In this document: piece by piece, positions 1-10,905 of the stretch
Layout: each line of letters opens with the position of its first letter
Numbering within the stretch: position 1 is the stretch's first letter
Assembly (NCBI GenBank): GCA_000092065.1
Contig: CP000591.1
DNA length: 64,000 nucleotides
Reading direction: 5' to 3' (one strand)
Origin: Ostreococcus lucimarinus
Lineage: Eukaryota
Notes under the pieces: model-generated
Seen by the model: only the letters and a program-made list of their open reading frames with translations
Databases searched by the model: none
Told to the model about the DNA's origin: nothing
Translations under genes and position numbers: made by a program

Positions 1-543
1 TGCGTCGTGCACGTGGCGTCGAACGGAGGGTTCATTTTCGCTGGAAATTTAATGCTCAAGGCGGCGAACGGCGACGCGACGGCGCGCACGATTTTTGAGC
101 GGACGAAGGGCGTCGTGTTCGATTGCGCCCCTGGAAATTTGCGGCCCGATATCGTGGCGCGGGCGTTCGCGGCTGTCGTTGGAGGCGCGAGCGCGACGAG
201 TGAGCCATCGCCGTATTTCGAGGTGTTTGCGTCGTGGTTGTTAGGGAGAAGGGTTCTCAGCGAACGTTTGCTGAGGATCGATGAGTTGTGGGGCAAGGCG
301 GGAGCGCCAGAGTCAATCTTGTTGCGTTGCCCGTCGATGTTCATGTACAGCGAAGCCGACGTACTGATTTCCCCACGCGAGATCGAGGCTTTCGCGACGC
401 TCAGACAAGACCAAACCGGTCACAGGAGCACTCTTCACAAGTACGACGACGCTGGGCACTGCGAAATTGGCCGCGACGACTACGAAGATTACAAGAGCAA
501 GGTGACCGATTTCTTAGAGCGCGTCGTGCATTCGGCGGCGTAG
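1..543 (+). CDS. C-terminal fragment of a DUF829/TMEM53-like alpha/beta-hydrolase family protein (5' end lies outside the window)
   Basis: The frame is open from base 1. The ORF-track ORF 7..543 begins with GTG, so it is a continuation rather than a start. The hydrolase-like C-terminal motifs (ILLRCPSMFMYSEADVLI, DDAGHCEIGRDDYEDY) are what I am relying on. Confidence 0.45.
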   Translation, partial: CVVHVASNGGFIFAGNLMLKAANGDATARTIFERTKGVVFDCAPGNLRPDIVARAFAAVVGGASATSEPSPYFEVFASWLLGRRVLSERLLRIDELWGKAGAPESILLRCPSMFMYSEADVLISPREIEAFATLRQDQTGHRSTLHKYDDAGHCEIGRDDYEDYKSKVTDFLERVVHSAA

Positions 544-585
544 CATTTGTTGTATTATTTTCTAGATTTCTAGTCATCGCGGCGT

Positions 586-3555
586 CTAAGTTGATGTTGT
601 TTGCGAGCGCACGCGCACGAGGTCTTTGATTTCTTTCACGAATGATGCGTTTGCGAGTAATTCTTCACACGCAACATGGATTCTGAACCGCCAGTAATGT
701 TTGGGATTCGTTGGGTCGTTGATTGTTTCTTCCAGCGCTGGTCGCTTGGCGTATCGTTCGTCGAGCGCAAGAACGTCTTGAATCGGGAAAATAGCCAGCA
801 CGCTCGGACTTTCGATGTGCTGGGTGAGAATTCGGCGCATCACACTCGGCGTGCACGCGTCGTCATTTCCGCACTGAAACATCTCGTCGTATCGCGCACG
901 GCGTTCGGCGTCTTCTTCCCACCACGCTCGCGTGGTCATGGTGTCGTGACAAGAAGGCGAGCAAACCGTTAAGTATGAATACGTGTGCGGGCGACCGAAT
1001 TCTGAACTTTCGCCCACGGGAGGCATGCGCTGAATGCGTAAACCTAGAATACCAAGTTCATCCATCACAGGCGGCACGCACATCGGTGTGAAGCCGAGGT
1101 CTTCTCCACACACGAGCATTTCCGTCGATTTCAACAGCGCGGGTAACACTTTTCGTGCTTGCTTACGCCATGTGTTCGTTTGACGGCCGAAATAGTAATC
1201 GTTCGACAAATCTCTGAGCGCGTCTCGCATCCAGCCTTCGAGCGCTTGGAAAGACGTCGTCTCTTCGAGCCCGAACCGAGGATAGAAATGGTCGATATTC
1301 TCCACGTCTGTCAAGAGGCATCGGTTTTGAAACAGTTGCATCAATCCAGCGCGAACCAAGAGTTGTTCGTCGTTGAGATGCATCGGGAAATCTCCGCGAG
1401 GTTTCGTTGCGGCAAAAATAGCCTGTTCAGTGTCAAACTCACGTCTGAACTGCCATAATCCGCGCTGATCATCGACCTCGATCATGTATCGATACGCGAT
1501 TTCGTGCACGTTTTCTCCGAAAAGCACCTCTAACTCGTGCCATTGGATATAAGGCTGCGTCAGACGATTGAGATCCCACAACCCACGCGCCGCGAGCTCG
1601 TCGCGCGTGAGCGGTAGCGACGGCCTGAACCGACCCATGCGCCCAGTTGTAGCGCTCGCGGGAAGTTCCCATATTCGGAAGAATCCTAAGATATGATCGA
1701 TACGAATCGCGCTGAAGTACTGCTCCAAGTGTTGCATGCGAGCTCGCCACCAGGCGTAGTCGTCCTCAGCCATAGTTTCCCAGTTGTACGTCGGGAATCC
1801 CCAGTTCTGTCCGTTTGCATCAAAAGCATCGGGCGGCGCGCCCGTGGAAGTATCCATGCGGAACAAACGTGGGTGCATCCACGTATCGACGCTGCGTTTG
1901 TCCACGCCGACCGGAAGATCGCCTTTCAAAATGACACCCTTTGACTTGGCGTATTGCGCCGTCGTAACCAGTTGGGTGTGCAAATTGTACTGGAGGTAAA
2001 AAAAGAATCGTGTCGACTCGTACAAATCGCCTCCCGGGCAATCAATCTTGTCCAAAATTTCTTTCGAGAACGTGGCGAACACACCCCAACGCCAATGTTC
2101 AGCCGTACCGAACAAATCTCGAAGTACGCAAAAGACGCCGTACGGTCGCAGCCACGATTCATTGGCTTTATAAAACGTTTGAAAATCATCAGACGCGAGA
2201 ACCTTTTCGCCGTCGGTATAATAGGCTCGACGCGCGAACGAAAGTTTCTCCTTTACCGTTGCCTCGTAGTCGATCTCTTTCAAGTCCAACGCCACGCGCG
2301 CGGCTTCGATTTCCTCCGCGAGTTCCGCCGTGACGCCGGATAGCTCTTGCACGCGCAGATACATGACGTGAAGCGCGTGCACGGAGAGCGACGAGTACGG
2401 ATAAGAGTCCCAAAAAGTGCCGTACACGCACGTGTCATTTACCGGCAACACCTGCACCACGGACATCCCAGTCGTCGACGCAAAGTCCACCATTTGACGC
2501 AAATCCACAAAGTCGCCGCACCCGACGCTCTGCGCCGTGCGCACGGAGAAGACGGGAAGCGCCATTCCCGAACCTTTCCAAACCCCGCCGTGGGTGAAGA
2601 CGCCATCGCGATGAATCAATCGTCTTTCTACCGCGTTTGCGACGTCCCCGTCGTCGCTCAGCGAACACTCTCGCGCGCCTCGAGCGTCCTCCACGACGTC
2701 GTCGCCGTCCCGAAGGGCGTACGAGTACTCAAACGGCAACTCGGACGCGTCTACTTGGAACTCGATCGTCCACACGTCCGTTCCCGCGCGTTTGCCGAGC
2801 GAGCGCTCACTTTTCAAAGCCGCGCACGACCCACGCACGACGACGCGCTGGGATTTCGTCGCACGAGGCGCCTTAATCTCCAACCGCACGTCTACTCCGG
2901 CGCGCCCGCGCTTCGCCGGCGTCGTCTCCCCATTCGTCTCGCACCGATCTCCCACGACTTCGTGCGCCAAATCCCCGCGTCCCACGTACTCCGGCGTCAC
3001 CACGCTCGCGAACGCCTTGCGTTCGAACACGTGCTCCGCCGTGGCGCGCGAATTCCACTCGTCCGCGCACTCCACGCCTCGCTCGCCGCGCGTCCCGCGC
3101 CCGTCCTCCAACTCCAACGTCCGCACCTCCCCGTCCCACGCGATCACGTGTTCGCGCTCGTCGATCACCGCGTACCTATACTCGATCGTCCTCCTCCCGT
3201 TCGCGCTTTTCCCGCTCCCGAGCCCTCCGTCCTCCGCGCGCGTCTCCGCTCGCCACTCGAGCTCGCGTTCGCCGCGTCCCGCCCGACACCGCATCCGCAG
3301 CCCTCTCGCCGGGTTCCATCGTCCCAGCGCCGCGTCCGCGCCGCACACCACGAGATTCTCCCCCCAATTCGTCCAGTACGACGTTCGAAACGCGATCGTC
3401 GTCCCATCGCGCGCGCGCGTCGCCGTCGCGCCCGACGCCGTTAATCCGTCCGCGTCCTCGTCGGCGTCTTCGCGCCGTCGTTCCGTCGTCACCGTCGCGA
3501 GCGTCGCGTCGAGCGCGCGCGCGAGCGATGCGACGTCGTTCGGCGCGTCTCTCAT
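586..3555 (-). CDS. DPE2: Cytosolic disproportionating enzyme 2-type 4-alpha-glucanotransferase (N-terminal CBM20 starch-binding domains + GH77)
   Basis: The long minus ORF 586..4350 was trimmed to the first plausible ATG (MRDAPNDV, ATG at 3555). It carries CBM20 signatures (YWTNWGENLVVCGADAALGRWNP; VWTIEFQV) and a GH77 amylomaltase core (GFFRIWELP, DHILGF, GEDLGFTP). The R-rich N-terminal extension in the ORF track was judged non-coding. Confidence 0.8.
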   Translation of the reverse strand: MRDAPNDVASLARALDATLATVTTERRREDADEDADGLTASGATATRARDGTTIAFRTSYWTNWGENLVVCGADAALGRWNPARGLRMRCRAGRGERELEWRAETRAEDGGLGSGKSANGRRTIEYRYAVIDEREHVIAWDGEVRTLELEDGRGTRGERGVECADEWNSRATAEHVFERKAFASVVTPEYVGRGDLAHEVVGDRCETNGETTPAKRGRAGVDVRLEIKAPRATKSQRVVVRGSCAALKSERSLGKRAGTDVWTIEFQVDASELPFEYSYALRDGDDVVEDARGARECSLSDDGDVANAVERRLIHRDGVFTHGGVWKGSGMALPVFSVRTAQSVGCGDFVDLRQMVDFASTTGMSVVQVLPVNDTCVYGTFWDSYPYSSLSVHALHVMYLRVQELSGVTAELAEEIEAARVALDLKEIDYEATVKEKLSFARRAYYTDGEKVLASDDFQTFYKANESWLRPYGVFCVLRDLFGTAEHWRWGVFATFSKEILDKIDCPGGDLYESTRFFFYLQYNLHTQLVTTAQYAKSKGVILKGDLPVGVDKRSVDTWMHPRLFRMDTSTGAPPDAFDANGQNWGFPTYNWETMAEDDYAWWRARMQHLEQYFSAIRIDHILGFFRIWELPASATTGRMGRFRPSLPLTRDELAARGLWDLNRLTQPYIQWHELEVLFGENVHEIAYRYMIEVDDQRGLWQFRREFDTEQAIFAATKPRGDFPMHLNDEQLLVRAGLMQLFQNRCLLTDVENIDHFYPRFGLEETTSFQALEGWMRDALRDLSNDYYFGRQTNTWRKQARKVLPALLKSTEMLVCGEDLGFTPMCVPPVMDELGILGLRIQRMPPVGESSEFGRPHTYSYLTVCSPSCHDTMTTRAWWEEDAERRARYDEMFQCGNDDACTPSVMRRILTQHIESPSVLAIFPIQDVLALDERYAKRPALEETINDPTNPKHYWRFRIHVACEELLANASFVKEIKDLVRVRSQTTST

Positions 3556-3648
3556 CTCGCGCGCGCGCGCGATCGACGCCGCGGCGGCGAGTGACGGACG
3601 CGATTCGCGCGCGCGCGATTCGCGATCGGTCGCGCGCGGTCGGTCGTC

Positions 3649-3664
3649 GTATGTGCAAACAGTG
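3649..3664 (+). promoter_or_regulatory. Recurrent 16-nt motif GTATGTGCAAACAGTG (copy 1 of 5)
   Basis: It lies in the DPE2/Der divergent spacer, 84 nt upstream of the Der ATG. See the findings for the other four copies. Confidence 0.4.
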
Positions 3665-3732
3665 AGGAGTTGGTGTTTCGGTGCCGCCGCGCCCGCGCGC
3701 GACGGCACACGTCGACGCCTCGCGCGCGAGCG

Positions 3733-5616
3733 ATGCGCGCGACGACGGCGACGTGCGCGCGCGCGATGCGGTGCGGACTGTCCAGAGCGCTCGACGCGCG
3801 AGGGCCGGGCGCGACGCGCGCGGCGGGCGCGACGCGACGACGCGCGACGACGACGCGGCGCGCCGCCGGCGGCGGGACGACGACGGACGACGACGACGAC
3901 GACGCGCGCGCGCGGGCGAGCGGGACGTCGGCGATCGAGATGGAGCGCATGGACCGCGAGGCGCGGACGTACGCCACGGCGTGGGCGAACGAACTGGCGA
4001 GCACGCTGTCGGAGGACGCGAGGGCGCTGGAGCGAAGGCTGTTCGGCGACGAAGGCGGCGCGAGCGAGCGCGGCGAGGACGAAGACGAAGACGCGAGCGA
4101 GGAAGAGACGGTCGGGACGAGCGGGAGGAAGGGGAAGGCGCGCGCGGACGCGAGAGTGCGAAGGAAGACGCGACGAGATTGGAGTAAAGTGCCGGACGAG
4201 GCGCTGCCAAGAGTCGCCGTCGTGGGACGGCCAAACGTGGGGAAGAGCGCGTTGTTTAATAGACTCACTGGAACGAAACGGGCGATCGTGTACGACGAGC
4301 CGGGGGTGACGCGAGATCGGATGTATGTGCGCGCGTATTGGGGCGAACACGAGTTCATGATGGTGGACACGGGCGGGTTGGAAAATTTACCGGCCAATCC
4401 CGAGGGTGGGCCGAAGACGGACACCGTCGGCGGCGTCGAAATCTTACCTGGGATGATCGAGGCGCAGGCCGCGGAGGCTGTGCGAGAAGCGTCTGTGCTC
4501 ATTTTTGTCGTCGACGGTCAAGTTGGGCTGACGGCGGCGGATATGGATATTTTCGCCTGGTTGCGTCGCACGCACTCGAAAATACCGCTCCATCTGGCGG
4601 TGAACAAGTGCGAGAGCACGACGAAGGGGGAGGACCAAATCCTCGAGTTTTGGTCTTTAGGCGACGTTACCCCACTCGCTGTTTCCGCCATCAGCGGCAC
4701 CGGGACCGGGGAGCTTTTGGATAACATGTGCGCGACTTTGCCGCCGCCTCCGCAAGTCTCCGAGGATGAAAACGCAGAGGAGGAAGATATTCCCGTCACA
4801 GTCGCCATCATCGGCCGACCGAACGTGGGGAAGAGTTCGTTGTTGAATGGTTTGGCCGGTGAAGCGCGATCGATCGTGAGCGACTTTTCTGGTACCACAC
4901 GAGACAGCATCGATACCTTGGTCGAGGACAAGTACACGGGGCGAAAGTTTACACTCATCGATACGGCGGGCATTCGGCGACGAACTCAAGTGAAATCCGG
5001 CACGGATGGAGCCGAAAAACTCAGCGTCGGTCGCGCTTTGCAAGCGATGAAGCGTGCAGACGTAGTGGTGCTAGTTATAGATGGTACTGAAGGACCGAGC
5101 CAACAGGATTTTGTACTCGCCGAGCGCGCCACGCAAGAGGGCTGCGCCATCGTGTTGTGCATCAACAAGTGGGATTTGGTGGACAAGGATACGCACACGA
5201 TGAACAAGTATACGGACGATATGCGATTAAAGTTGCGTGTGTTTGAATATGCCGAAATTGTGTACACGTCTGCGCTCACTGGACAGAGAATCCAAAAGAT
5301 TTTAGACGCCGCGCAGGTGGCGAGCGAGAATCACCGCAAACGTCTCACCACGGCGACGCTCAACTCTGTCGTACAAGAGGCGACTTTGTGGAAGCTCCCG
5401 CCGTCGAGAAACAGCAGAAAGGGTAAGATTTATTACATCACGCAAGCGTCGATACGTCCACCGACGTTCGTCTTTTTCGTGAACGACCCCAAGCTGTTTC
5501 CGGACACGTACCGTCGGTACATGGAGCGCCAACTGAGAGAGAACATCGGCTTCCCGGGAACTCCGATTCGCTTGCTGTGGAGAGGAAAGGGCGTCGAAAA
5601 AGGGCCGAGGAAATAA
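3733..5616 (+). CDS. DER: Double-domain GTPase Der/EngA (plastid-type) with an N-terminal presequence
   Basis: There are two GTP-binding domains with G1 motifs (VAVVGRPNVGKSALFNRL and VAIIGRPNVGKSSLLNGL), DTGG/DTAG and NKWD motifs, and a KH-like C-terminus. The ORF-track start at 3670 is TTG, so the first in-frame ATG at 3733 was used. The N-terminus is rich in R, A and T, like a transit peptide. Confidence 0.8.
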   Translation: MRATTATCARAMRCGLSRALDARGPGATRAAGATRRRATTTRRAAGGGTTTDDDDDDARARASGTSAIEMERMDREARTYATAWANELASTLSEDARALERRLFGDEGGASERGEDEDEDASEEETVGTSGRKGKARADARVRRKTRRDWSKVPDEALPRVAVVGRPNVGKSALFNRLTGTKRAIVYDEPGVTRDRMYVRAYWGEHEFMMVDTGGLENLPANPEGGPKTDTVGGVEILPGMIEAQAAEAVREASVLIFVVDGQVGLTAADMDIFAWLRRTHSKIPLHLAVNKCESTTKGEDQILEFWSLGDVTPLAVSAISGTGTGELLDNMCATLPPPPQVSEDENAEEEDIPVTVAIIGRPNVGKSSLLNGLAGEARSIVSDFSGTTRDSIDTLVEDKYTGRKFTLIDTAGIRRRTQVKSGTDGAEKLSVGRALQAMKRADVVVLVIDGTEGPSQQDFVLAERATQEGCAIVLCINKWDLVDKDTHTMNKYTDDMRLKLRVFEYAEIVYTSALTGQRIQKILDAAQVASENHRKRLTTATLNSVVQEATLWKLPPSRNSRKGKIYYITQASIRPPTFVFFVNDPKLFPDTYRRYMERQLRENIGFPGTPIRLLWRGKGVEKGPRK

Positions 5617-5770
5617 ATAGAAGCGATTGCGTAAATGTATTAAGATGAGAAGCTATGATAATTTTGAATAACCTGACGCGCGCGGCGGTGTTGAGCGCTT
5701 TGCGTTGTACAACAAGAATTGAATCGAAGTCGCCGTCTCGTCGCGCGACGACGCGACGAATCTTCCCTCC

Positions 5771-6403
5771 TCAGATGACCAGTAAGCACACGATCACCAG
5801 GGTTCCGATGGCGAGCAGATATCGCGATAGCAGCAACTGACTCGCCTGTTCCGTGCTCAATTCGTCGCTGCTCCTCAAACCCAGCAACGTCGCCAGTCCC
5901 GCCGCCGATTCCAGCGGCGGCGCGCCGCCTCCCTCGCGCTTCGCCCCCCCCCTCGCGGTGTTCGCCCCGAACCCGTACAGCGGGATCAACATATCCTTCG
6001 TCATCTCTCCCTTGCACACCGGGCACGCCACGTTATCGCCGACGCTCAGCCACGTGTTGATGCATCGCCAGCAGTACAAGTGCCCGCACGGCGTCACCAC
6101 CGGCTCCCGCGCGACTTCGAAGCACACGTTGCACTCAAATTTTTCCTTCGTTCCTCCCTCCCCATCGCCTCGCGCGACGTCCGAATCGAACGACGCGCGC
6201 GACGTTCGCCTCACCGCGCCCGCGCTACGTCTCCGCGCGCCCTCGTCCTCGCCCGCGTCTCGCGTCGTCGTCGCCCCGTCGCCGCGCCCTCGTCCCCGCG
6301 CCGACGTCGTCGCTCGCCCCGACGTCGTCGCGCTCGCGTCCGCGTCCATCGTCCCCGTCGACGCGCTCCGTCGCGACGTTTTTCTCGCCGTCGCGCGCGC
6401 CAT
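5771..6403 (-). CDS. RING-HC E3 ubiquitin ligase with a C-terminal membrane anchor (RMA1/RNF5-like)
   Basis: It carries a C3HC4 RING (CNVCFEVAREPVVTPCGHLYCWRCINTW...CPVCK) and a C-terminal hydrophobic tail (LLAIGTLVIVCLLVI). The start was taken at MARATARK (ATG 6403); an alternative start MDADAS lies at 6349. The upstream 900 nt of the ORF-track ORF is an R-rich artefact overlapping the opposite-strand gene. Confidence 0.7.
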   Translation of the reverse strand: MARATARKTSRRSASTGTMDADASATTSGRATTSARGRGRGDGATTTRDAGEDEGARRRSAGAVRRTSRASFDSDVARGDGEGGTKEKFECNVCFEVAREPVVTPCGHLYCWRCINTWLSVGDNVACPVCKGEMTKDMLIPLYGFGANTARGGAKREGGGAPPLESAAGLATLLGLRSSDELSTEQASQLLLSRYLLAIGTLVIVCLLVI

Positions 6404-6671
6404 GTCGTCGGCGTCGTCGCCGCGCGGCGCGTTCGCGACGCTTCGGATCGCGACGCTTCGGCGCGCGCCGATCGACGCGCCTCGGCGATCCGTCGCGTCG
6501 CGCGTCGCGCGCGCCGATCGAGGTCGACGCGCGGCGATCGCGCGTCGTCGCGCGCGCGCTCGTCGCGCGCGCGCGTGTGTGGACGCGCGCGACGGATTCG
6601 ATTCGCCGCGTCGGACGAGCGTCGCGGCGCGGCGACGCGACAAGGCGACGCGCGACGCGCGCGCATCCTCG

Positions 6672-8255
6672 ATGACGCCGACGACGGCGACGCGCGTCGC
6701 GACGCCGGCGACGCGCGCGACGGACGCGACGCGCGCGCGAGCGACGACGAGGCGCAGAGGCGAGACGGCGCGACGACGCGCGAGCGACGCGCGCGCGCGA
6801 ACGACGACGGCGCGCGGCGCGAGACGCGAGAGCTCGGACGCGCGCGCGACGACGGGGACGGCGGCGAACGACGCGCGCGAAACGGCGGCGCGGCGAGGGA
6901 CGACGCGCGCGAGGGCGAACGCGAGGGCGAACGCGGCGACGACGCGCGAGGACGAGACGACGACGACGAGGTATCGAATGGTGGTGGTGTCGCTCGTGGC
7001 GTTCGCGCTGATGCTGTGCAACGCGGATCGGGTGATCATGGCGGTGGCGGGGGTGCCGCTGGCGGCGGCGAACGGGTGGGGCGAACGCGCCGTCGGGTTG
7101 GTGCAGAGCTCGTTCCTGTGGGGGTACGCGCTGACGCCGCTCGTCGGCGGGATGTTGGCGGATAGATACGGTGGGAAGGTGGTGCTCGGGGCGGGTATCG
7201 CGGTTTGGTCGCTGGCGACCGTGGCGACGCCGTTCGCGGCGACGAGCGGAGGCTTGGCGCCGCTGCTCGTCGCGCGCGCGGTCATGGGGCTGGGGGAGGG
7301 CGTGGCGTTGCCGTGCATGAATAACGTCATCTCCCGGTGGGTGCCGAGGACCGAGCGTTCGCGCGCGGTGGCGATTTCTATGGGAGGATTTCAAAGCGGT
7401 TCGATGATTGGCTTGCTCGCGGCGCCCGCGCTCCTGGCGAGAGGCGGCGTTCCCGGACCGTTCATCCTCTTCGGCGCGCTCGGTTTGGCGTGGGCGGCGA
7501 TTTGGCACTTCGCCGCGACGACGTATCCCAAAGATTGCAAAATGGTGGGCGCCCGCGAGTTGAATTACATCGTCGACTCTCCCGGAGGCGCGCTCACGTC
7601 GTCGTCGTCGACGCTCAAGGACGCGGCGCCTCCGCCCTTTAAATTATTGCTGTCCAAAGCCCCGACCTGGGCGTGCATCATCGCCAACTTTGTCAATAAC
7701 TGGGGTTTTTTCATCCTTCTGGCGTGGATGCCGCTCTATTTCAAGCAAGTCGTCGGTCTTAACCTCAGAGAAGCCGCGTGGTTTAGCGCGCTTCCGTGGG
7801 CCACCATGGCGGCGAGCGGCGTCGTCGCGGGAACATTGGCGGATAACTTGATCAACTCTCGCGGTTGGTCGGTGACTGCGACGCGCAAATTCATTCAAGG
7901 CGTCGGTTTCATCGGTCCTGCGATTTGTTTGATCATTCTGGCCGCGTATGGAGCGCAGATGACGGCGGCGCGCGCGGTGACGACGCTCACCGTCGCGTGC
8001 GGGTGCACGGCGTTTACGCAAGCGGGATTTTTGGTCAACTTTCAAGAGATCGGCCCGAAATACGCAGGCGTGCTGCACGGCATGGCGAACACCGCGGGGA
8101 GTATCGCGGGAATGGTTGGAACGTACGCCACCGGCGCCGTGTTGGAGGCCACGGGTGGGAACTGGAGCGCCGTACTCTACATAACCGCCGTCGTCTACGC
8201 CTTGGGCGCGGCGACGTGGTTGACGATGAGCACGGGCGAGCGCGTATTTGATTGA
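6672..8255 (+). CDS. MFS anion/phosphate transporter of the SLC17/PHT4 (ANTR) type with an N-terminal presequence
   Basis: The 12-TM MFS core begins at MVVVSLVAFALMLCNADRVIMAVAG and includes GYALTPLVGGMLADRYGGK. The first third of the ORF-track ORF 5853..8255 overlaps the RING gene on the other strand and was rejected. The start was set at the ATG at 6672 (MTPTTATR...), preceding a T/R/A-rich presequence. Confidence 0.7.
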   Translation: MTPTTATRVATPATRATDATRARATTRRRGETARRRASDARARTTTARGARRESSDARATTGTAANDARETAARRGTTRARANARANAATTREDETTTTRYRMVVVSLVAFALMLCNADRVIMAVAGVPLAAANGWGERAVGLVQSSFLWGYALTPLVGGMLADRYGGKVVLGAGIAVWSLATVATPFAATSGGLAPLLVARAVMGLGEGVALPCMNNVISRWVPRTERSRAVAISMGGFQSGSMIGLLAAPALLARGGVPGPFILFGALGLAWAAIWHFAATTYPKDCKMVGARELNYIVDSPGGALTSSSSTLKDAAPPPFKLLLSKAPTWACIIANFVNNWGFFILLAWMPLYFKQVVGLNLREAAWFSALPWATMAASGVVAGTLADNLINSRGWSVTATRKFIQGVGFIGPAICLIILAAYGAQMTAARAVTTLTVACGCTAFTQAGFLVNFQEIGPKYAGVLHGMANTAGSIAGMVGTYATGAVLEATGGNWSAVLYITAVVYALGAATWLTMSTGERVFD

Positions 8256-8673
8256 TTTAGTAATAATGCAAACAATGTGATAATATTATCATAAAGTACA
8301 ACATTTGCCGAAGACCGCAAAAATCGCGCGCTGAGCCAACCGTTTACGAGCGCGCCGCGTCGTCGCGCGCGCCATCGTCGATTCCCATCGGCCGAGTTGA
8401 TGAAGCGATAGATCGTGTCACGATCGCACTCGTCCGAGGCGTTCGCGCCGGATCGTCGCGCGTCGAGACGTGACGATTGCAGCGCGTCGCTTTGATCGGC
8501 GGCGCCACGTCAGACACATGGGTTATGGGCGCCTATTTAGCCTATTTACGTGCCGGTGCGCGCGTTTGACGATCGGTTGGTTGACGATTGATGGCGAGCG
8601 CGCGTTCGATTGATTCGAAGTAGTGATGCTCGTTATTTTCGTTCGAAGGGACATGGATCTTTCGCTGGGAGGT

Positions 8674-8692
8674 GGTGTTGAATGAACACCAA
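8674..8692 (-). promoter_or_regulatory. Histone H3 mRNA 3' stem-loop (mRNA sense TGGTGTT-cattc-AACACCA followed by CC)
   Basis: A perfect 6-7 bp stem ggtgtt/aacacc with a 5-nt loop lies about 130 nt downstream of the H3 stop. The same stem sequence is found downstream of H4. It overlaps a longer imperfect palindrome at 8689..8722. Confidence 0.5.
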
Positions 8693-8820
8693 TTTTGCGC
8701 GGTTGACCCGCACAATTGGTTTAAAGACAACCGAGTTTAAAGCTCAGCGGTCTATACTTTTTCTTTTTTGATTGTTTGTTTGAGAGTGAAACACCTTAGA
8801 AAGGATACGTCACCGGGCGC

Positions 8821-9426
<606 letters not shown>

Positions 9427-9532
9427 TCACAAAGACTCGTCACGGGTCATCACTCGTCGATGCACGACGCGATCGCGCTTTTACGAAATCGTTTTTTGTT
9501 AAACGCCGCGTTCGCGGAAAAAGGGGCGATTC

Positions 9533-9548
9533 GTGTGCGCAAACAGTT
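9533..9548 (+). promoter_or_regulatory. Recurrent motif GTGTGCGCAAACAGTT (copy 2 of 5)
   Basis: It lies in the H3/H4 divergent promoter, 114 nt upstream of the H4 ATG. An exact 18-nt repeat CGCCTCACGCCGCGCGCG flanks the promoter at 9301..9318 and 9578..9595. Confidence 0.4.
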
Positions 9549-9655
9549 CGGCGATCGACTCGAGAGGCGTGAGAAATCGCCTCACGCCGCGCGCGCGCGA
9601 TGGAGGCCGCGCGCGTCGTCGCGGGCGCCACAAATCGACTCGTCGTATTTCGTAA

Positions 9656-9973
<318 letters not shown>

Positions 9974-10059
9974 GCGTTTTTTTAAAACGCCGACCGACGT
10001 CTACGTACGCGCAAGCGAAACAAACTCAAGACGCGTCTCTCGACGCGTCTCGAAAACAC

Positions 10060-10082
10060 TGGTGTTCAAAAAATTAACACCA
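10060..10082 (+). promoter_or_regulatory. Histone H4 mRNA 3' stem-loop (TGGTGTT-caaaaaatt-AACACCA followed by CCAATT)
   Basis: A perfect 7-bp stem lies 87 nt downstream of the H4 stop. The stem and the trailing ACC are identical to the H3 element. It is preceded by a GACGCGTC palindrome duplicated at 10031..10052 and by a short hairpin GCGTTTT-TTT-AAAACGC directly after the stop codon. Confidence 0.5.
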
Positions 10083-10209
10083 CCAATTCTAAAAGGTTCC
10101 TTCGTCTCGGCTAAAATCGCGCGTCTCGTTCGTCGCTCGCGTTCTGTCGTTCGCGCTTGAAATTTGAAAATTTGAAATCACCCGACAGCCGGTCGCGTGG
10201 ACGCGCTCC

Positions 10210-10860
10210 ATGGCGCCGCGCGCGTCCGCCGCGGTCGCGACCGTCGCGGTCGTCGCGGCCGCGACGACGATTTGGTATTACCGTCGCCATCGCCGACGCG
10301 AGCGAAGCGACGACGGGCGCGCGTTCGAGCGCGAGCAAATTCGTCTCAAGAGTGCGTTGGCGAAACTCGCGCGCGATGGCAACCTCGCGCGCGCGTCCGA
10401 CACCGGTGCGATGGTGTCGTTGACGAAAGAACAATGCGGTGGAACGACCGCGAGGTACGCTTGGACGCAGAGCGAAGATGAGATCGTCGTGAGCTTCGCC
10501 GCGCCCGCGGACGCGACGTCCCGCGAGTGCGAGGTGACGCTGACGTCCACCGCGGCGACGGTTCGCGTGCGAGGACAGACGCTGCTGGACGGGGAGTTGA
10601 CTCGGGCAATAGTGAAGGATGATTCGTATTGGGAGCTGGAAAGCGACGGTTCGCAGAAGGTGCTGCGACTTTCGCTGACCAAGCTTCGGCGGACGTGCGC
10701 CAAGTTTCACTGGCCGAGCGTGTGCGTCGGGGAACCGGAGATCGACGTCGCCGCGTTCGGCGATCCCGTGATGGGGGTGACGGGAAATTTGAACGGCGAT
10801 GCGATGAAGACGATGATGGAGGACGTGGCGGCGATGCGACGCGACGCCGAGAAAAATTAG
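10210..10860 (+). CDS. CS-domain (p23/NudC-like HSP20-fold) protein with an N-terminal membrane anchor
   Basis: An N-terminal hydrophobic segment (AAVATVAVVAAATTIWYY) is followed by a CS-domain pattern (YAWTQSEDEIVVSF...VTLTSTAATVRVRGQTLLDGEL...DSYWELE...LRLSLTKL). Confidence 0.5.
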   Translation: MAPRASAAVATVAVVAAATTIWYYRRHRRRERSDDGRAFEREQIRLKSALAKLARDGNLARASDTGAMVSLTKEQCGGTTARYAWTQSEDEIVVSFAAPADATSRECEVTLTSTAATVRVRGQTLLDGELTRAIVKDDSYWELESDGSQKVLRLSLTKLRRTCAKFHWPSVCVGEPEIDVAAFGDPVMGVTGNLNGDAMKTMMEDVAAMRRDAEKN

Positions 10861-10905
10861 CGTTAGACGACTCAATAGAAATTTTTTAATACATAGGCGG
10901 ATCGA

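Noticed and set aside
2792-4309. Long R/A/S-rich ORFs on both strands (for example 2792..4309 +, 3176..4234 -, 2347..3444 +, 6225..7508 -, 6080..7165 +, 13662..14519 -, 53411..54370 -, 57003..57555 -)
   Set aside because: They are low-complexity translations of CGC/GCG-rich DNA, antisense to or out of frame with genes that have clear homology. This is typical for a genome near 70% GC and is not coding.
8689-8722. Second, longer palindrome downstream of H3 (ACCAATT...AATTGGT with nested GCGCGG/CCGCAC) as an independent element
   Set aside because: It overlaps the conserved TGGTGTT/AACACCA stem-loop and has no counterpart downstream of H4. I treat it as part of the same 3' region rather than a separate feature.
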